Positions 7,634 through 18,307 are shown, counted from the stretch's first letter. The stretch: 51,742 nt of DNA from Candidatus Omnitrophota bacterium (GCA_018826075.1 JAHKAJ010000018.1:1-51742), one strand, 5' to 3'. Notes: a model not told the origin generated them from the letters alone. Numbers and translations are program-made.

Positions 7634-9378
7634 GTAAACGTTTAGGAAAAATCAATTTGATCCAGGGTAATATCATCGCGGTTAGCTGTCAAGGAGACAT
7701 TGTCCAGAATGAAGTCGGTTATGTTTCCTGTGGTAAAGAGCGGTTGATGGCTGAAGTTATTCGGATAAATTACGGCATTGCTTACATGCAGGTTTTTGAG
7801 GATACCAAGGGGGTGAGAGTAGGAGACCAAGTAGATTTTAGCGGTCAGATGCTTTCAGTCAAACTCGGACCGGGACTCCTGGGACAGATTTTTGATGGTT
7901 TGCAAAATCCGCTTCCCGAGCTGGCTGAGAAGTTTGGTTTTTTCCTGCCGCGGGGAGAGCAGATAGAAGCTTTAAATTCTAAACGTAAGTGGGATTTTCA
8001 GCCTTCAGCAACCTCTAAAAAGGATAGAATGGTTAAGGGTTCAAATTTGGGATTTGTTCAAGAGGGAGTATTTAAACATCAGATCATGGTACCCTTTTAC
8101 TTGTCTGGAGATTATCAGGTAGAAACAATTGCTCCAGCCGGTAGTTATAAAATTACCGATACTATAGCTAAGCTGAAAAATTCAAGAGGTGAGATCGTCG
8201 ATATCACCATGGCTTTTAACTGGCCGATAAAGATACCAATACAGGCCTATAAGGAAAAATTTACTCCCCAGGAACCGCTGATCACTAAAGCCAGGATCAT
8301 CGATACTTTATTCCCGGTAGCCAAAGGCGGCACTTATTGTATCCCCGGGCCGTTTGGTTCGGGTAAAACCGTTTTACAGCAGCTTACCAGCCGCTACGCC
8401 GAAGTAGATATCGTAATTATTGCTGCTTGCGGAGAACGGGCCGGCGAAGTGGTTGAAACTTTAAGAAAATTCCCGGAGTTAGTCGACCCGCGTACCAGCC
8501 GGCCGCTGATGGAAAGAACGATTATAATCTGCAATACTTCTTCTATGCCGGTAGCTGCCCGGGATGCTTCAGTATATACTGCCGCCACTCTTGGTGAATA
8601 CTATCGCCAGATGGGCTTGGATGTTCTACTTTTAGCTGATTCTACTTCTCGTTGGGCTCAAGCTATGCGGGAAGTTTCCGGCCGCTTAGAGGAGATCCCC
8701 GGTGAAGAAGCTTACCCGGCTTATCTGGAGTCGCGGATCGCCGAGTTTTATGAGCGTTCAGGGCTGGTCGGTTTAAACAACGGCCAGAAAGGTTCGCTGA
8801 CTATCGGCGGAACAATTTCTCCGGCCGGCGGAAACTTTGAAGAACCGGTTACCCAAGCCACCCTTAAAGTGGTTGGTGCTTTTCACGGGCTTTCCCGCGA
8901 TAGGGCTAATGCCCGGCGGTTTCCTTCGATAGATCCCTTAGACAGCTGGTCGCGCTATACCGGATTTATTGATCCGGGGCAGAGAGGTAAAGTCAAAGCT
9001 ATTTTGGCTGCCGGCGATGAAGTATATCAGATGATGAAGGTGGTTGGAGAAGAAGGCACTTCAATGGAAGATTTCATCGTCTATTTAAAATCAGAATTTA
9101 TTGATAGCGTATACCTGCAGCAGAACGGTTTTGATAAAGTAGATGCGGCAACTGATTTAGAGCGGCAGAAATATGTTTTTGGAAAACTTTGTTCGATTCT
9201 GGACGAGGAGTTTAAGTTTAGCCAGAAAGAAAAGGCCCGCTATCTTTTTTATGAGTTAAGGCAGATATTTATCGATTGGAATTACAAACAGAAAGACAGT
9301 GATGAATTTAAACAGCAGGAGAGAAAAATCGATGAGTTTATAAAACAAAAGATGTTAAAAGATGAAAAAAGTACATAG
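7630..9378 (+). CDS. V/A-type ATPase subunit A
   Basis: [28 protein letters not shown]. Confidence 0.97.
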   Translation: MSKRLGKINLIQGNIIAVSCQGDIVQNEVGYVSCGKERLMAEVIRINYGIAYMQVFEDTKGVRVGDQVDFSGQMLSVKLGPGLLGQIFDGLQNPLPELAEKFGFFLPRGEQIEALNSKRKWDFQPSATSKKDRMVKGSNLGFVQEGVFKHQIMVPFYLSGDYQVETIAPAGSYKITDTIAKLKNSRGEIVDITMAFNWPIKIPIQAYKEKFTPQEPLITKARIIDTLFPVAKGGTYCIPGPFGSGKTVLQQLTSRYAEVDIVIIAACGERAGEVVETLRKFPELVDPRTSRPLMERTIIICNTSSMPVAARDASVYTAATLGEYYRQMGLDVLLLADSTSRWAQAMREVSGRLEEIPGEEAYPAYLESRIAEFYERSGLVGLNNGQKGSLTIGGTISPAGGNFEEPVTQATLKVVGAFHGLSRDRANARRFPSIDPLDSWSRYTGFIDPGQRGKVKAILAAGDEVYQMMKVVGEEGTSMEDFIVYLKSEFIDSVYLQQNGFDKVDAATDLERQKYVFGKLCSILDEEFKFSQKEKARYLFYELRQIFIDWNYKQKDSDEFKQQERKIDEFIKQKMLKDEKST

Positions 9379-10660
9379 TAAAATATTAAGCGTTGCCGGA
9401 AACGTCATCACCGTAAAGGCAAAAGATGTAGCCTATGAGGAGTTAGCAGAAGTAAGGTCCTCGAGGGGTTCTTCTTTGGCCCAGGTAATAAAGCTTGAGG
9501 CCGACATCGTGTCTTTACAGGTTTTTTCGGGAAGCCGAGGAATCTCTACTGATGATGAAGTGCGTTTTTTGGGCCATCCGATGCAGGTGGCTTTTTCCCA
9601 AAACATGCTGGGCCGGATCTTTGACGGTTCAGGTAACCCTCGCGACAAAGGTCCGGCTTTAACCGAAAACCTGATCGATATTTCCGGGCCGGCAGTCAAC
9701 CCGGCTAAACGGATCATTCCTGAACGGATGATCCGTACCAATATCCCGATGATCGATGTGTTCAATTCTTTAGTGGTTTCCCAAAAGCTGCCAATATTCT
9801 CAGTGTCCGGAGAGCCCTACAATGAACTTTTAGCCAGGATCGCCATGCAGGCAGAAGTAGACATGATCGTTTTAGGCGGTATCGGCCTGAAGTTCGACCA
9901 ATATATGTTTTTTAAAAATACTCTTGAGCAGGCCGGCTCTCTTTCCCGGTCAATATTTTTTATTCATACCGCTTCTGACCCGATAGTCGAAGGTCTTATG
10001 GTTCCGGATTTGTGCCTGGCAGTTGCCGAGAAGTTTGCTTTGGGCGGAAAAGACGTATTGGTGTTGCTTAGCGATATGACTAATTTCGCTGATGCTTTAA
10101 AAGAAATCGCTATTACTATGGAGCAAGTGCCTTCTAACCGCGGCTATCCCGGCGATCTATATACCCAGTTAGCCCGCCGCTATGAAAAGGCAGTTGATTT
10201 CCAAGGCGCTGGTTCGATTACCGTATTAGCGGTGACCACTATGCCCGGAGATGATGTGACTCATCCGGTGCCGGACAATACCGGTTATATTACCGAGGGC
10301 CAGTTTTACCTACGTAACGGCAGGATCGAGCCTTTTGGTTCTTTGAGCCGTCTGAAACAGCAGGTCAATGATAAGACCCGCAAAGACCACCGGGCAATCA
10401 TGGACGCAATGATCCAGCTTTATGCTCAATACCGGGAATCCGAAGAAAAAAGAGCCATGGGTTTTCGGATGAGTGACTGGGATAGAAAGTTATTAAAATA
10501 CGGAAAACTGTTTGAATCTCAGATGATGGATCTATCAGCTAAAGTTTCTTTAGAGGAAGCTTTGGACCAAGGCTGGAATATTTTAGCTCAATGTTTTGAA
10601 CCCAAGGAAACCAGTTTTCGCAGTGAGTTGGTAAAAGAATTCTGGCCGAGCAAGCCTTAA
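9362..10660 (+). CDS. V/A-type ATPase subunit B
   Basis: [27 protein letters not shown]. Confidence 0.97.
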   Translation: MKKVHSKILSVAGNVITVKAKDVAYEELAEVRSSRGSSLAQVIKLEADIVSLQVFSGSRGISTDDEVRFLGHPMQVAFSQNMLGRIFDGSGNPRDKGPALTENLIDISGPAVNPAKRIIPERMIRTNIPMIDVFNSLVVSQKLPIFSVSGEPYNELLARIAMQAEVDMIVLGGIGLKFDQYMFFKNTLEQAGSLSRSIFFIHTASDPIVEGLMVPDLCLAVAEKFALGGKDVLVLLSDMTNFADALKEIAITMEQVPSNRGYPGDLYTQLARRYEKAVDFQGAGSITVLAVTTMPGDDVTHPVPDNTGYITEGQFYLRNGRIEPFGSLSRLKQQVNDKTRKDHRAIMDAMIQLYAQYRESEEKRAMGFRMSDWDRKLLKYGKLFESQMMDLSAKVSLEEALDQGWNILAQCFEPKETSFRSELVKEFWPSKP

Positions 10661-10675
10661 AAATGGAGAAGGGAA

Positions 10676-11281
10676 ATGATAAAATCATTTACTCTCATCG
10701 AACTGATTGTAGTTATCGCCATCATTGCAATATTGGCGGCAATCATCGCTCCCAATGCCTTTAAAGCGATTGAGAAAGCTAAAGTCGCAGAAGTAATAGC
10801 TAATTTTAAGACTTTAAAAACAGCCGTTGGAGCTGTTTATGCTGATACCGGACGTAAGGTCATGGATAATTGTCGGTGGGGAACAATGCATTTGTTTCCG
10901 GGCCAGACCCCTTTGGATACTGACCCGTTTGAAATAGATCGGACTGAATGGACAAAGGAAGAATGGCCGGGATGGGATGGCCCCTATGTAGAAAAAATTA
11001 ACGGAATACATCCTTGGGGGGGAACTTATGCTTTTTCCCGTTGGCAGGATTTCAGCTTTCCTCCCAACGGAATAATGGAGTTAGTCTTAGAGATCGACGA
11101 CTGCCGTTATCCCTGCCCTGATATTTCTTATAACGGCCAACGTCCTATGCCGCGCAATGCGGCGGAGATAATGGACGCAATGATCGATGATGCTGAGGAT
11201 TGGCCGTTCAATACCGGCGGATTCCGAGGCAACAGCGACTACCACTGGATAATGTTTTGGGATTATGAATTTTGGCCTTAA
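10676..11281 (+). CDS. Type IV pilin / GspG-like pseudopilin
   Basis: S|FTLIELIVVIAIIAILAA prepilin motif; WDGPY and PWG motifs. Confidence 0.88.
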   Translation: MIKSFTLIELIVVIAIIAILAAIIAPNAFKAIEKAKVAEVIANFKTLKTAVGAVYADTGRKVMDNCRWGTMHLFPGQTPLDTDPFEIDRTEWTKEEWPGWDGPYVEKINGIHPWGGTYAFSRWQDFSFPPNGIMELVLEIDDCRYPCPDISYNGQRPMPRNAAEIMDAMIDDAEDWPFNTGGFRGNSDYHWIMFWDYEFWP

Positions 11282-11284
11282 TTT

Positions 11285-11896
11285 ATGCCTAAGATCAGGT
11301 TGACTAAAAACGAGTTAAAAGGGCAAAAGGATGGTTTAGCCAGGTTTCGGCGTTATCTGCCGATGTTGTTATTGAGAAAAAAACAGCTTCAACTGGAGAT
11401 AATCAAAGTTCACCAAATTATCAAAGACCTCGGCGTAAGGATTGATAATTTGAGAAGTCAGGTAATTTCCTGGGTTGATGTTTTTGCTGAAGAAGTTCCG
11501 ATCCAAGACATAGTAAGTTTAAAAGCGGTTGAAATCGAGAAGGGAAATGTCGCCGGGATAGATTTACCGGTGTTTATCCAAGCAGTAATCAAAGAAGAGC
11601 CTTATGATTTTATGTTTACTCCGCTTTGGGTCGATGCCGCTATTTTAGCCATAAAACAAACCTTAACCTTAAAGGCCAGGCTGGCAGTGTACCATCAGCA
11701 GATGGATATTTTAAAAGAGGAGTTACGAATAGCTACCCAGCGAGTCAATCTTTTTGAAAAGATCAAGATCCCCGAGGCCAGGGAGAATATCAGGGTTATC
11801 CAGATTTATTTGGGAGAACTTCAGACTGCCGGAGTAGTCCGGGGTAAAATCGCTAAAGCTAAACTTCAGAAAAAGAAACTGTTTGAGTTATCATGA
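11285..11896 (+). CDS. V/A-type ATPase subunit D
   Basis: LTKNELK, QRVNLFEKIKIP. Confidence 0.93.
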   Translation: MPKIRLTKNELKGQKDGLARFRRYLPMLLLRKKQLQLEIIKVHQIIKDLGVRIDNLRSQVISWVDVFAEEVPIQDIVSLKAVEIEKGNVAGIDLPVFIQAVIKEEPYDFMFTPLWVDAAILAIKQTLTLKARLAVYHQQMDILKEELRIATQRVNLFEKIKIPEARENIRVIQIYLGELQTAGVVRGKIAKAKLQKKKLFELS

Positions 11897-13665
11897 TAGT
11901 TAAAATGAAAAAGCTTACTATTTTGGTTTCCCAAAAAGATTTAGGGCATGCCATTTGGGAACTGCGGAAAACCGGCCTTTTACATATTAAACCTATTCAA
12001 AAACCCCACGCCGATTTTATAACTTCCTTAGAGCACAAACTGGCTTTATTGGAAAAGGCCCTATCTTTCTTAAGCGATTCAGAGAAGCCGAGAAGAGCTG
12101 TACCCGATGAAGTGCTTACTTCGGTGATTAAAGATGTTTTAACTTTGAAACAGAAAGAACAGGAGTTTTTAGAAAGTAGTAAAATTATTGAAGAAAGACT
12201 GGCTTGGGTGAAACAACTGGGGCATATTTCTTGCGCTGATCTGGAGAGTTTAGAGTCGGCTGGTCTCCGGGTAAAGCTTTATAAATGCCGAAAAAAAGAT
12301 TTAAAAAAAATTCCTCCCGATAAGATTATCCGGGTTATTGCCGAGAAAGGTAGAGAGATCTACCTGGTTTCGATCGGCAAGGCCGGCGAGGAGGGTTTGA
12401 ATTTTCCGGAAGTTGCGATTCCTCATGAGACACTTCAGGCTTTGGAACGAAAGATTCATCACAACCAAAAAGAATTAGCCGCGATTAAATCGCAATTGGA
12501 AGAGCTCTCAATCTATAAACAGGATTTGAAAGCCTACCAGAAGGAATTAAATAAACGTTTGGAGTTCGGCCGGGTTCGTTTCAGCACAGGCTTAAAAGAA
12601 GAGATTGCTTATTTAGAAGGTTTTTGCCCTAAAGATTCAGTGGAAAAAATCAACCAGTCAGCTTCCCGGGAAGGTTGGGCGGTTTTGGTTGAGGAGCCCC
12701 AAAACTCAGGCGAAGTCCCGACTTGGATCAAAAACCCCCGCTGGGTAGAGATCATCCGGCCGGTGTTTAAATTTATGGGAACCTTGCCGGGATATGCAGA
12801 ACATGATATCAGTTTTTGGTTTCTTTTATTCTTTAGTTTATTCTTTGCCATGCTCATCGGCGACGCCGGTTACGGCCTGTTATTTTTGACTACTACTTTT
12901 TTGATCCGCAGGAAATTCAAGAAACTTCCGGCTCAGCCATTTTTCTTGATGTATATTTTATCTGCCGGCACGATCATCTGGGGAGCTTTGTCCGGAACCT
13001 GGTTTGGAGTTGAAAAACTGGCTCAACTTCCGGTATTCCGTTCCCTGGTGATCGGAAAGATTAACAGTTTTTCAGGGACCAACCAGAATTTCATGATCCA
13101 GCTTTGCTTTATTATCGGAGCAGTACATCTTTCTATAGCCCATGCGATAATGGTTTATCGGTTTATCAACAGCCGTATAGCTTTATCACATCTGGGCTGG
13201 ATAGGAATTGTCTGGTCGGCTTTTTTTCTGGCCGGCAATTTAGTTTTAGGCAAACCTCTGTCTGGGTTTACTTATTTTTTAGCCATAGTTTCTGCAGCCC
13301 TGGTAATTTTATTTTCCAGCCCCGAAAAAAACATAATTAAAGGGATCTTTCAGTCTTTAGCCGATTTCCCCTTAAAGGCTATCGGTTCTTTTTCTGATGT
13401 CGTATCTTACTTAAGGTTATTTGCTGTAGGCTATGCTACGGTGGTTTTAGCGGTGACCTTTAACAGCATGGCTGCTTCATCAGGCTCGGGAAGCCTTTTA
13501 GGAGGATTTTTAGCGGCAATCATTCTTTTTATCGGGCACGCTTTGAATATAGTTTTAGGGCTGATGGCAGTAATAGTCCATGGAATAAGATTAAATATGC
13601 TTGAGTTTTCCAGCCACTTGAATATGGAGTGGTCAGGGATCGAATATAAGCCGTTTAAGGAATAA
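11893..13665 (+). CDS. V/A-type ATPase subunit I
   Basis: GDAGYG, SDVVSYLRLFA, HGIRLNMLEF. Confidence 0.95.
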   Translation: MIVKMKKLTILVSQKDLGHAIWELRKTGLLHIKPIQKPHADFITSLEHKLALLEKALSFLSDSEKPRRAVPDEVLTSVIKDVLTLKQKEQEFLESSKIIEERLAWVKQLGHISCADLESLESAGLRVKLYKCRKKDLKKIPPDKIIRVIAEKGREIYLVSIGKAGEEGLNFPEVAIPHETLQALERKIHHNQKELAAIKSQLEELSIYKQDLKAYQKELNKRLEFGRVRFSTGLKEEIAYLEGFCPKDSVEKINQSASREGWAVLVEEPQNSGEVPTWIKNPRWVEIIRPVFKFMGTLPGYAEHDISFWFLLFFSLFFAMLIGDAGYGLLFLTTTFLIRRKFKKLPAQPFFLMYILSAGTIIWGALSGTWFGVEKLAQLPVFRSLVIGKINSFSGTNQNFMIQLCFIIGAVHLSIAHAIMVYRFINSRIALSHLGWIGIVWSAFFLAGNLVLGKPLSGFTYFLAIVSAALVILFSSPEKNIIKGIFQSLADFPLKAIGSFSDVVSYLRLFAVGYATVVLAVTFNSMAASSGSGSLLGGFLAAIILFIGHALNIVLGLMAVIVHGIRLNMLEFSSHLNMEWSGIEYKPFKE

Positions 13666-13679
13666 ACCGGGAGGTTATC

Positions 13680-14126
13680 ATGATTCAGGGATTTGGTGAT
13701 TTGAATCTATCTTTAACTTTAGCGGCGGTTGGTTCAGCTTTAGGTACTGGAGTTGCCGGCATGGCCGCTGTCGGAGCCTGGAAGAAGGCTTTTTTACAGA
13801 ATAAAGCCGCTGCCTTTTCTTTAGTGGCTTTTGTCGGTGCCCCTTTAACTCAGACTATTTACGGGATGATTTTAAGGAATCAAATCATTGCCGCCAAATT
13901 ACCGGCAGATCCGCAAATCTATACTTACCTTATGATTTTAGGTTTAGCTGCCGGATTAGCTATTGGAACATCAGCTTATATGCAGGGTAAGGCTGCAGCC
14001 AAGGCTTGTGATGCTTTGGGTGAAACCGGCAAGGGTTTCGGCCAATATATAATAGTTTTGGGAATTATTGAGACGGTGGCTCTTTTCGTTATGGTTTTTT
14101 GCATGATGGCTATACCTAAGGTCTGA
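13680..14126 (+). CDS. V/A-type ATPase proteolipid subunit K
   Basis: Four TM helices; PLTQTIYG; IETVA. Confidence 0.93.
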   Translation: MIQGFGDLNLSLTLAAVGSALGTGVAGMAAVGAWKKAFLQNKAAAFSLVAFVGAPLTQTIYGMILRNQIIAAKLPADPQIYTYLMILGLAAGLAIGTSAYMQGKAAAKACDALGETGKGFGQYIIVLGIIETVALFVMVFCMMAIPKV

Positions 14127-14179
14127 ATTTTTAAGCCTTGATTTTTTGGTATTATTTAGTAAGATAAGCAGGCACAAAC

Positions 14180-14255
14180 GGGCGGTTGGCGCAGTTGGAA
14201 GCGCATCTCGTTTACACCGAGAGGGTCGTGGGTTCGAGCCCTACACCGCCCACCA
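14180..14255 (+). tRNA. tRNA-Val (anticodon TAC)
   Basis: GGGCGGT/ACCGCCC acceptor stem, TCTCG-TTTACAC-CGAGA anticodon arm, TTCGA T-loop, encoded CCA. Confidence 0.96.
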
Positions 14256-14269
14256 GTTTTTATAAAATT

Positions 14270-15976
14270 ATGGATTTAGAAATTTTAAGGCACTCATGTT
14301 CGCATGTTATGGCTCAGGCAGTAAAGGAGCTTTACCCTGAAGCTAAACTGGGTATTGGCCCGGCAATCGAAGCCGGCTTTTACTATGATTTTGACCTACC
14401 AGTCCAACTAGTACCCGAAGACTTAACTAAAATCGAAGCAAAGATGAAGGAGATTATCAAGGCTGATCAGAAATTTGAACGTATCGAGGTCAGTAAAGAA
14501 GAAGCTGTTAGGTTGATGCAGGAAAGAAATGAAAACTATAAGCTCCAACTTATCCAGTCCCTAACTGATGAAAGGGTGAGTTTTTATAAAAACGGCAGCT
14601 TTCTTGATTTTTGTCGCGGGCCGCATCTTGGTTCAACCGGAGAAATAAAAGATTTTAAGCTTCTGTCGGTAGCCGGAGCCTATTGGCGGGGAATCGAGAC
14701 TAATCCGGTTTTACAAAGGATCTACGGCGTTGCTTTTGCCAGCAAAAAAGAGTTGGATGAGCATCTCAAAAATTTAGACGAGATCAAAAAACGCGATCAC
14801 CGTAAAATAGGTAAAGAACTCGATCTTTTTTCTATCCATGAAGAAGCCGGAGCTGGATTCGTTTATTATCATCCCCGGGGGGCAGTGATTAAAAATATAA
14901 TTGAAGATTTTTTGCGTCGGGAGAATTCAAAGCGCGGCTACGAATTGGTTTCAATACCGCATATTGCTAAAATCGACCTTTATGATACTTCCGGCCACAC
15001 TAGTTACTACCGGGAAAATATGTATTTTATGAAAATCGACCAGCAGGATTATGTTATCAAACCGATGAACTGTCCCGGCCACATCCTTATTTATAAACGT
15101 AAACTGAACAGTTACCGGGATCTCCCGATAAGGTTTTTTGAATTGGGAACAGTCTATCGGTACGAGAAAAGCGGGGTTTTGCACGGACTATTAAGGGTCA
15201 GAGGATTTACCCAGGACGATGCTCATATTTTCTGTCGGCCCGACCAGCTTAAAGAGGAAATTATTTCAGTGCTTGAGTTTATTGACTACACCATGAAGAA
15301 GTTCGAATTTAACTATGAAGTCAACCTTTCTACTCGTCCAGAAAAGTTTACCGGGCAGGCCGAAGATTGGGACCGGGCAGAAAAGGTACTTAAAGAAGCT
15401 TTGGAAGAAAAGAATATTCCTTTTGCTGTTGATCCGGGGGCCGGAGTATTCTACGGCCCAAAAATAGATGTTAAACTTAAAGATGCTTTGGGCCGCCTTT
15501 GGCAGGGCCCGACAGTCCAGGTTGATTTTAATCTTCCTCAACGATTTGATTTATCTTATATTGATGAAGATAGTTCAAAGCAACGGCCGGTAATGATCCA
15601 CCGGGCTATTTTAGGAAGCATCGAGCGGTTTCTGGGAGCCTTGATTGAGAACTATGCCGGAAAATTTCCCCTCTGGCTTTCGCCGGTTCAAATAAGTATT
15701 TTAAACGTCACCAAAGAATCTAAGGATTACGCTTTGAAGATAGAAGAAGTCCTTAAAACTAAAGGTTTGCGTGTTGAAGCCGATACCAAGGATGAGACTC
15801 TTCAGAAAAAAATCCGCGAAAAAGAGCTTCTTAAAGTTCCCTATATGGCCATTGTCGGAAAAATTGAGCAGGAGTCGGGGAAAATATCTTTGCGCGCTCG
15901 CGGAATGAAAAACCTGGGGACTATGGAGATAGAGCAATTAGTGGAAAAGTTAAAACAGGAGGAAGGCCTAACGTGA
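14270..15976 (+). CDS. thrS: Threonyl-tRNA synthetase (no TGS domain)
   Basis: LRHSCSH, RDHRKIG, KPMNCPGH, FYGPKID. Start corrected to ATG 14270, after the tRNA. Confidence 0.96.
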   Translation: MDLEILRHSCSHVMAQAVKELYPEAKLGIGPAIEAGFYYDFDLPVQLVPEDLTKIEAKMKEIIKADQKFERIEVSKEEAVRLMQERNENYKLQLIQSLTDERVSFYKNGSFLDFCRGPHLGSTGEIKDFKLLSVAGAYWRGIETNPVLQRIYGVAFASKKELDEHLKNLDEIKKRDHRKIGKELDLFSIHEEAGAGFVYYHPRGAVIKNIIEDFLRRENSKRGYELVSIPHIAKIDLYDTSGHTSYYRENMYFMKIDQQDYVIKPMNCPGHILIYKRKLNSYRDLPIRFFELGTVYRYEKSGVLHGLLRVRGFTQDDAHIFCRPDQLKEEIISVLEFIDYTMKKFEFNYEVNLSTRPEKFTGQAEDWDRAEKVLKEALEEKNIPFAVDPGAGVFYGPKIDVKLKDALGRLWQGPTVQVDFNLPQRFDLSYIDEDSSKQRPVMIHRAILGSIERFLGALIENYAGKFPLWLSPVQISILNVTKESKDYALKIEEVLKTKGLRVEADTKDETLQKKIREKELLKVPYMAIVGKIEQESGKISLRARGMKNLGTMEIEQLVEKLKQEEGLT

Positions 15977-16476
15977 AATATGTAAGAGTTAATCAGAGGA
16001 TCATCGCTAAAACCTTAAGAGTCATCGGCCCTGAAGGAGAACAGCTGGGGGTGTTTCCACGCGATATCGCCATAAAGAAAGCCGAAGAGCTGGAATTGGA
16101 TTTAGTGGAAGTGGCGGCAGCAGCTAATCCTCCGGTATGCCGGATAATTGACTTTTCTAAATATAAATATGAGCAGGAAAAGCGCGAGCGGGAAGTTAAA
16201 AAACATCAGAAACAGGCTCAACTAAAAGAGATAAGGATCAGCCCGCGGATAGGGATCCATGATTACGAGATTAAACTCAAGCATGTAAAAGAATTTTTAG
16301 AAAAACGCCATAAGGTAAGAATAAGGATGTGGTTTCGGGGCAGGGAGATTGCCCATAAAGATATCGGAAGCCGTCTTATTGACCAGCTCATAAAAGATGT
16401 GCAGACTGTGGGCCGGATCGACCGCGAGCCGCACATGCTCGGCAAAACCCTGGTCTTAACTTTAAGTCCCAGATAG
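15973..16476 (+). CDS. infC: Translation initiation factor IF-3
   Basis: LDLVEV, PPVCRIID, FRGRE. Confidence 0.96.
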   Translation: MKYVRVNQRIIAKTLRVIGPEGEQLGVFPRDIAIKKAEELELDLVEVAAAANPPVCRIIDFSKYKYEQEKREREVKKHQKQAQLKEIRISPRIGIHDYEIKLKHVKEFLEKRHKVRIRMWFRGREIAHKDIGSRLIDQLIKDVQTVGRIDREPHMLGKTLVLTLSPR

Positions 16477-16502
16477 ATTGTGATATAATCAAAGGAGATC
16501 GT

Positions 16503-16703
16503 ATGCCTAAATTGAAAACTAAGAAATCGTTAGCCAAAAGAGTAAAAATAACCAAGAAAAAAAAGGCCCTTTACTCTAAGCCCGGCCGCCGCCATCTTTT
16601 GAGCTCCAAGAGCCGCAAAAGAAAACGTTCATTGAAACGCAAAGGCGTTGTGCCTGCCGGTTTCAGAAAAATGATCAGACAGGGTTTGCCTTATTCAGGA
16701 TAA
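16503..16703 (+). CDS. rpmI: 50S ribosomal protein L35
   Basis: MPKLKTKKS..KR, RHLL; synteny. Confidence 0.95.
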   Translation: MPKLKTKKSLAKRVKITKKKKALYSKPGRRHLLSSKSRKRKRSLKRKGVVPAGFRKMIRQGLPYSG

Positions 16704-16715
16704 AAAGGAGACAAG

Positions 16716-17066
16716 ATGAGAGTTAAACACGCAGCAGCATCTAGGCAGAAAAAGAAGAAAGCTTTTAAAGCGGCCAAAGGTTTCTGGGGCGATCGTTCCC
16801 GTAAGTACCGCCGGGTAGCTGAAACTTTACGCCGAGCCGGGGTTTATTCCTATCGCGACCGGCGCACCAAGAAGAGAAATTTCCGTTCCCTCTGGATCGT
16901 AAGGATAAACGCGGCCGCCCTTGAGAGAGGAAGCTCTTACCACCAGCTTATCCACGGGCTTAAGGAAAAGAAAATTTTGCTTTCCCGGGATATCCTGGCC
17001 AAAATAGCGGCGGAATATCCGGAGATTTTCGATAAAATCGTTGAAGCGGTTAAGAAACCCCGATAG
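16716..17066 (+). CDS. rplT: 50S ribosomal protein L20
   Basis: YRDRR, FRSLWIVRINAA. Confidence 0.96.
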   Translation: MRVKHAAASRQKKKKAFKAAKGFWGDRSRKYRRVAETLRRAGVYSYRDRRTKKRNFRSLWIVRINAAALERGSSYHQLIHGLKEKKILLSRDILAKIAAEYPEIFDKIVEAVKKPR

Positions 17067-17105
17067 TAATCGGGATTTCACTGAATAAATACATTAAGGA
17101 GTTCA

Positions 17106-17501
17106 ATGAAATATGTAGTGATAGTTGGCTGCGGTCGGACCGGTAAGGAACTGGCTTTCGAGCTTTCCAAAACCGAAAACGTTGTAGTCGTCGACAAGGA
17201 TCTAAAAAAACTGGATTCTTTAGGCGATGATTTCAATGGCAAAAAGGTTTGGGCTGACGCCTTGGACATCAATACTCTGGATAAAGCCGGGATAGCCGAA
17301 GCAACTGCGGTTTATCTTTTGACCGGAAATGACAATCTTAATTTGGTGGTCGGCAAAGTAGCCCGGAGAAAGTACCAGGTTAAAAAAGTAATCCTTCAGG
17401 TCGGCGACACTATCAAGAAAAAAATATTCAGCGAAGAAGGCTTGACTATAGTCAATCGGACTTACTTAATTGTTGAGGTGCTCAAGAAATGTATATCGTA
17501 A
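17106..17501 (+). CDS. Stand-alone TrkA-N (RCK) domain protein
   Basis: GCGRTG Rossmann motif; TGNDNLN. Confidence 0.85.
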   Translation: MKYVVIVGCGRTGKELAFELSKTENVVVVDKDLKKLDSLGDDFNGKKVWADALDINTLDKAGIAEATAVYLLTGNDNLNLVVGKVARRKYQVKKVILQVGDTIKKKIFSEEGLTIVNRTYLIVEVLKKCIS

Positions 17502-18154
17502 TCGCCGGAGCCGGAAGGCTGGGCTTGGTGCTGGCCAAAAAATTGGAAGAAGACAAACATCAGATCTGTCTTATCGATAAAAACGAAAACCTCTGTAACC
17601 GTCTAGCCTCGGAATTAAAAGATATAATGATCGTTTGCGGCGACGCGACTTATCCCGATGTTCTCAAAGAAGCAAGAATAGAGAAAGCTGACGTCTGCGT
17701 CAGCGCGGCCTCAAGCGATGAGGATGGCACGATTATTTGTTACCTGGCTAAAGAGCTTTTTGGCGTCAAAAGGACAGTAGCCAGGGTCAATGACCCTAAG
17801 CATATACCTTTATATAAGTATATGGAGGTGGACAATCCCGTAGATTCTACATCGATTATCGCCCGGATTGTCGAAGAAGAGGCTTCTTTCAGTGATGTGA
17901 TCAGCCTTTTAAGTATAAAAAAAGGGCGGCTTTCTATTGTCCGAGTGGATATACCTGAAGGTTCCCCGGTTGCCAATAAATCCTTAAAGGAGATAACCCT
18001 TCCAGCCAACTCAGTGTTAGTGTCGATATTGCGAGGTCCCGACATTATTATACCCTACGGTTCAACTGTAATCCTGCCTGGCGATGAGGTCATTGCGGCA
18101 ACTCTTATTGATATCGAGAAAGACTTAGTTAAAGCGCTGATAGGAAAAATTTAG
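17489..18154 (+). CDS. trkA: Trk K+ uptake regulatory subunit (TrkA-N plus TrkA-C)
   Basis: GAGRLG, GDAT, C-terminal IIP.GSTVILPGD. Confidence 0.9.
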   Translation: MYIVIAGAGRLGLVLAKKLEEDKHQICLIDKNENLCNRLASELKDIMIVCGDATYPDVLKEARIEKADVCVSAASSDEDGTIICYLAKELFGVKRTVARVNDPKHIPLYKYMEVDNPVDSTSIIARIVEEEASFSDVISLLSIKKGRLSIVRVDIPEGSPVANKSLKEITLPANSVLVSILRGPDIIIPYGSTVILPGDEVIAATLIDIEKDLVKALIGKI

Positions 18155-18155
18155 C

Positions 18156-18245
18156 ATGCGGGTAATAACCGGAATAATAACCGAAATTATTTTTTGTATT
18201 TTTGTTATCGGGTTAGGATACCTGCTTTCTTTTGTTTTTCAATGA
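18156..18245 (+). CDS. Putative 29-aa single-TM peptide
   Basis: ATG 1 nt after the trkA stop; MRVITGIITEIIFCIFVIGLGYLLSFVFQ. Not in the ORF track. Confidence 0.5.
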   Translation: MRVITGIITEIIFCIFVIGLGYLLSFVFQ

Positions 18246-18307
18246 GACTTGTCCGCCTTCGGCGGACTTAGTCGAATTGATATCGAGAACGCGAAGCGTT
18301 CGAGATA
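18246..18307. repeat. Pair of REP-like hairpins with GAA/TTC triloops
   Basis: GTCCGCC-TTC-GGCGGAC (18251-18267) and GAACGC-GAA-GCGTTC (18287-18301). Confidence 0.7.

Noticed and set aside
10676-11281. Diversity-generating retroelement or shufflon acting on pilins
   Set aside because: No reverse transcriptase, template repeat, invertase or silent pilin cassettes are visible in the window.
14186-14269. N-terminal extension of ThrS
   Set aside because: It is the tRNA-Val sequence read in frame.
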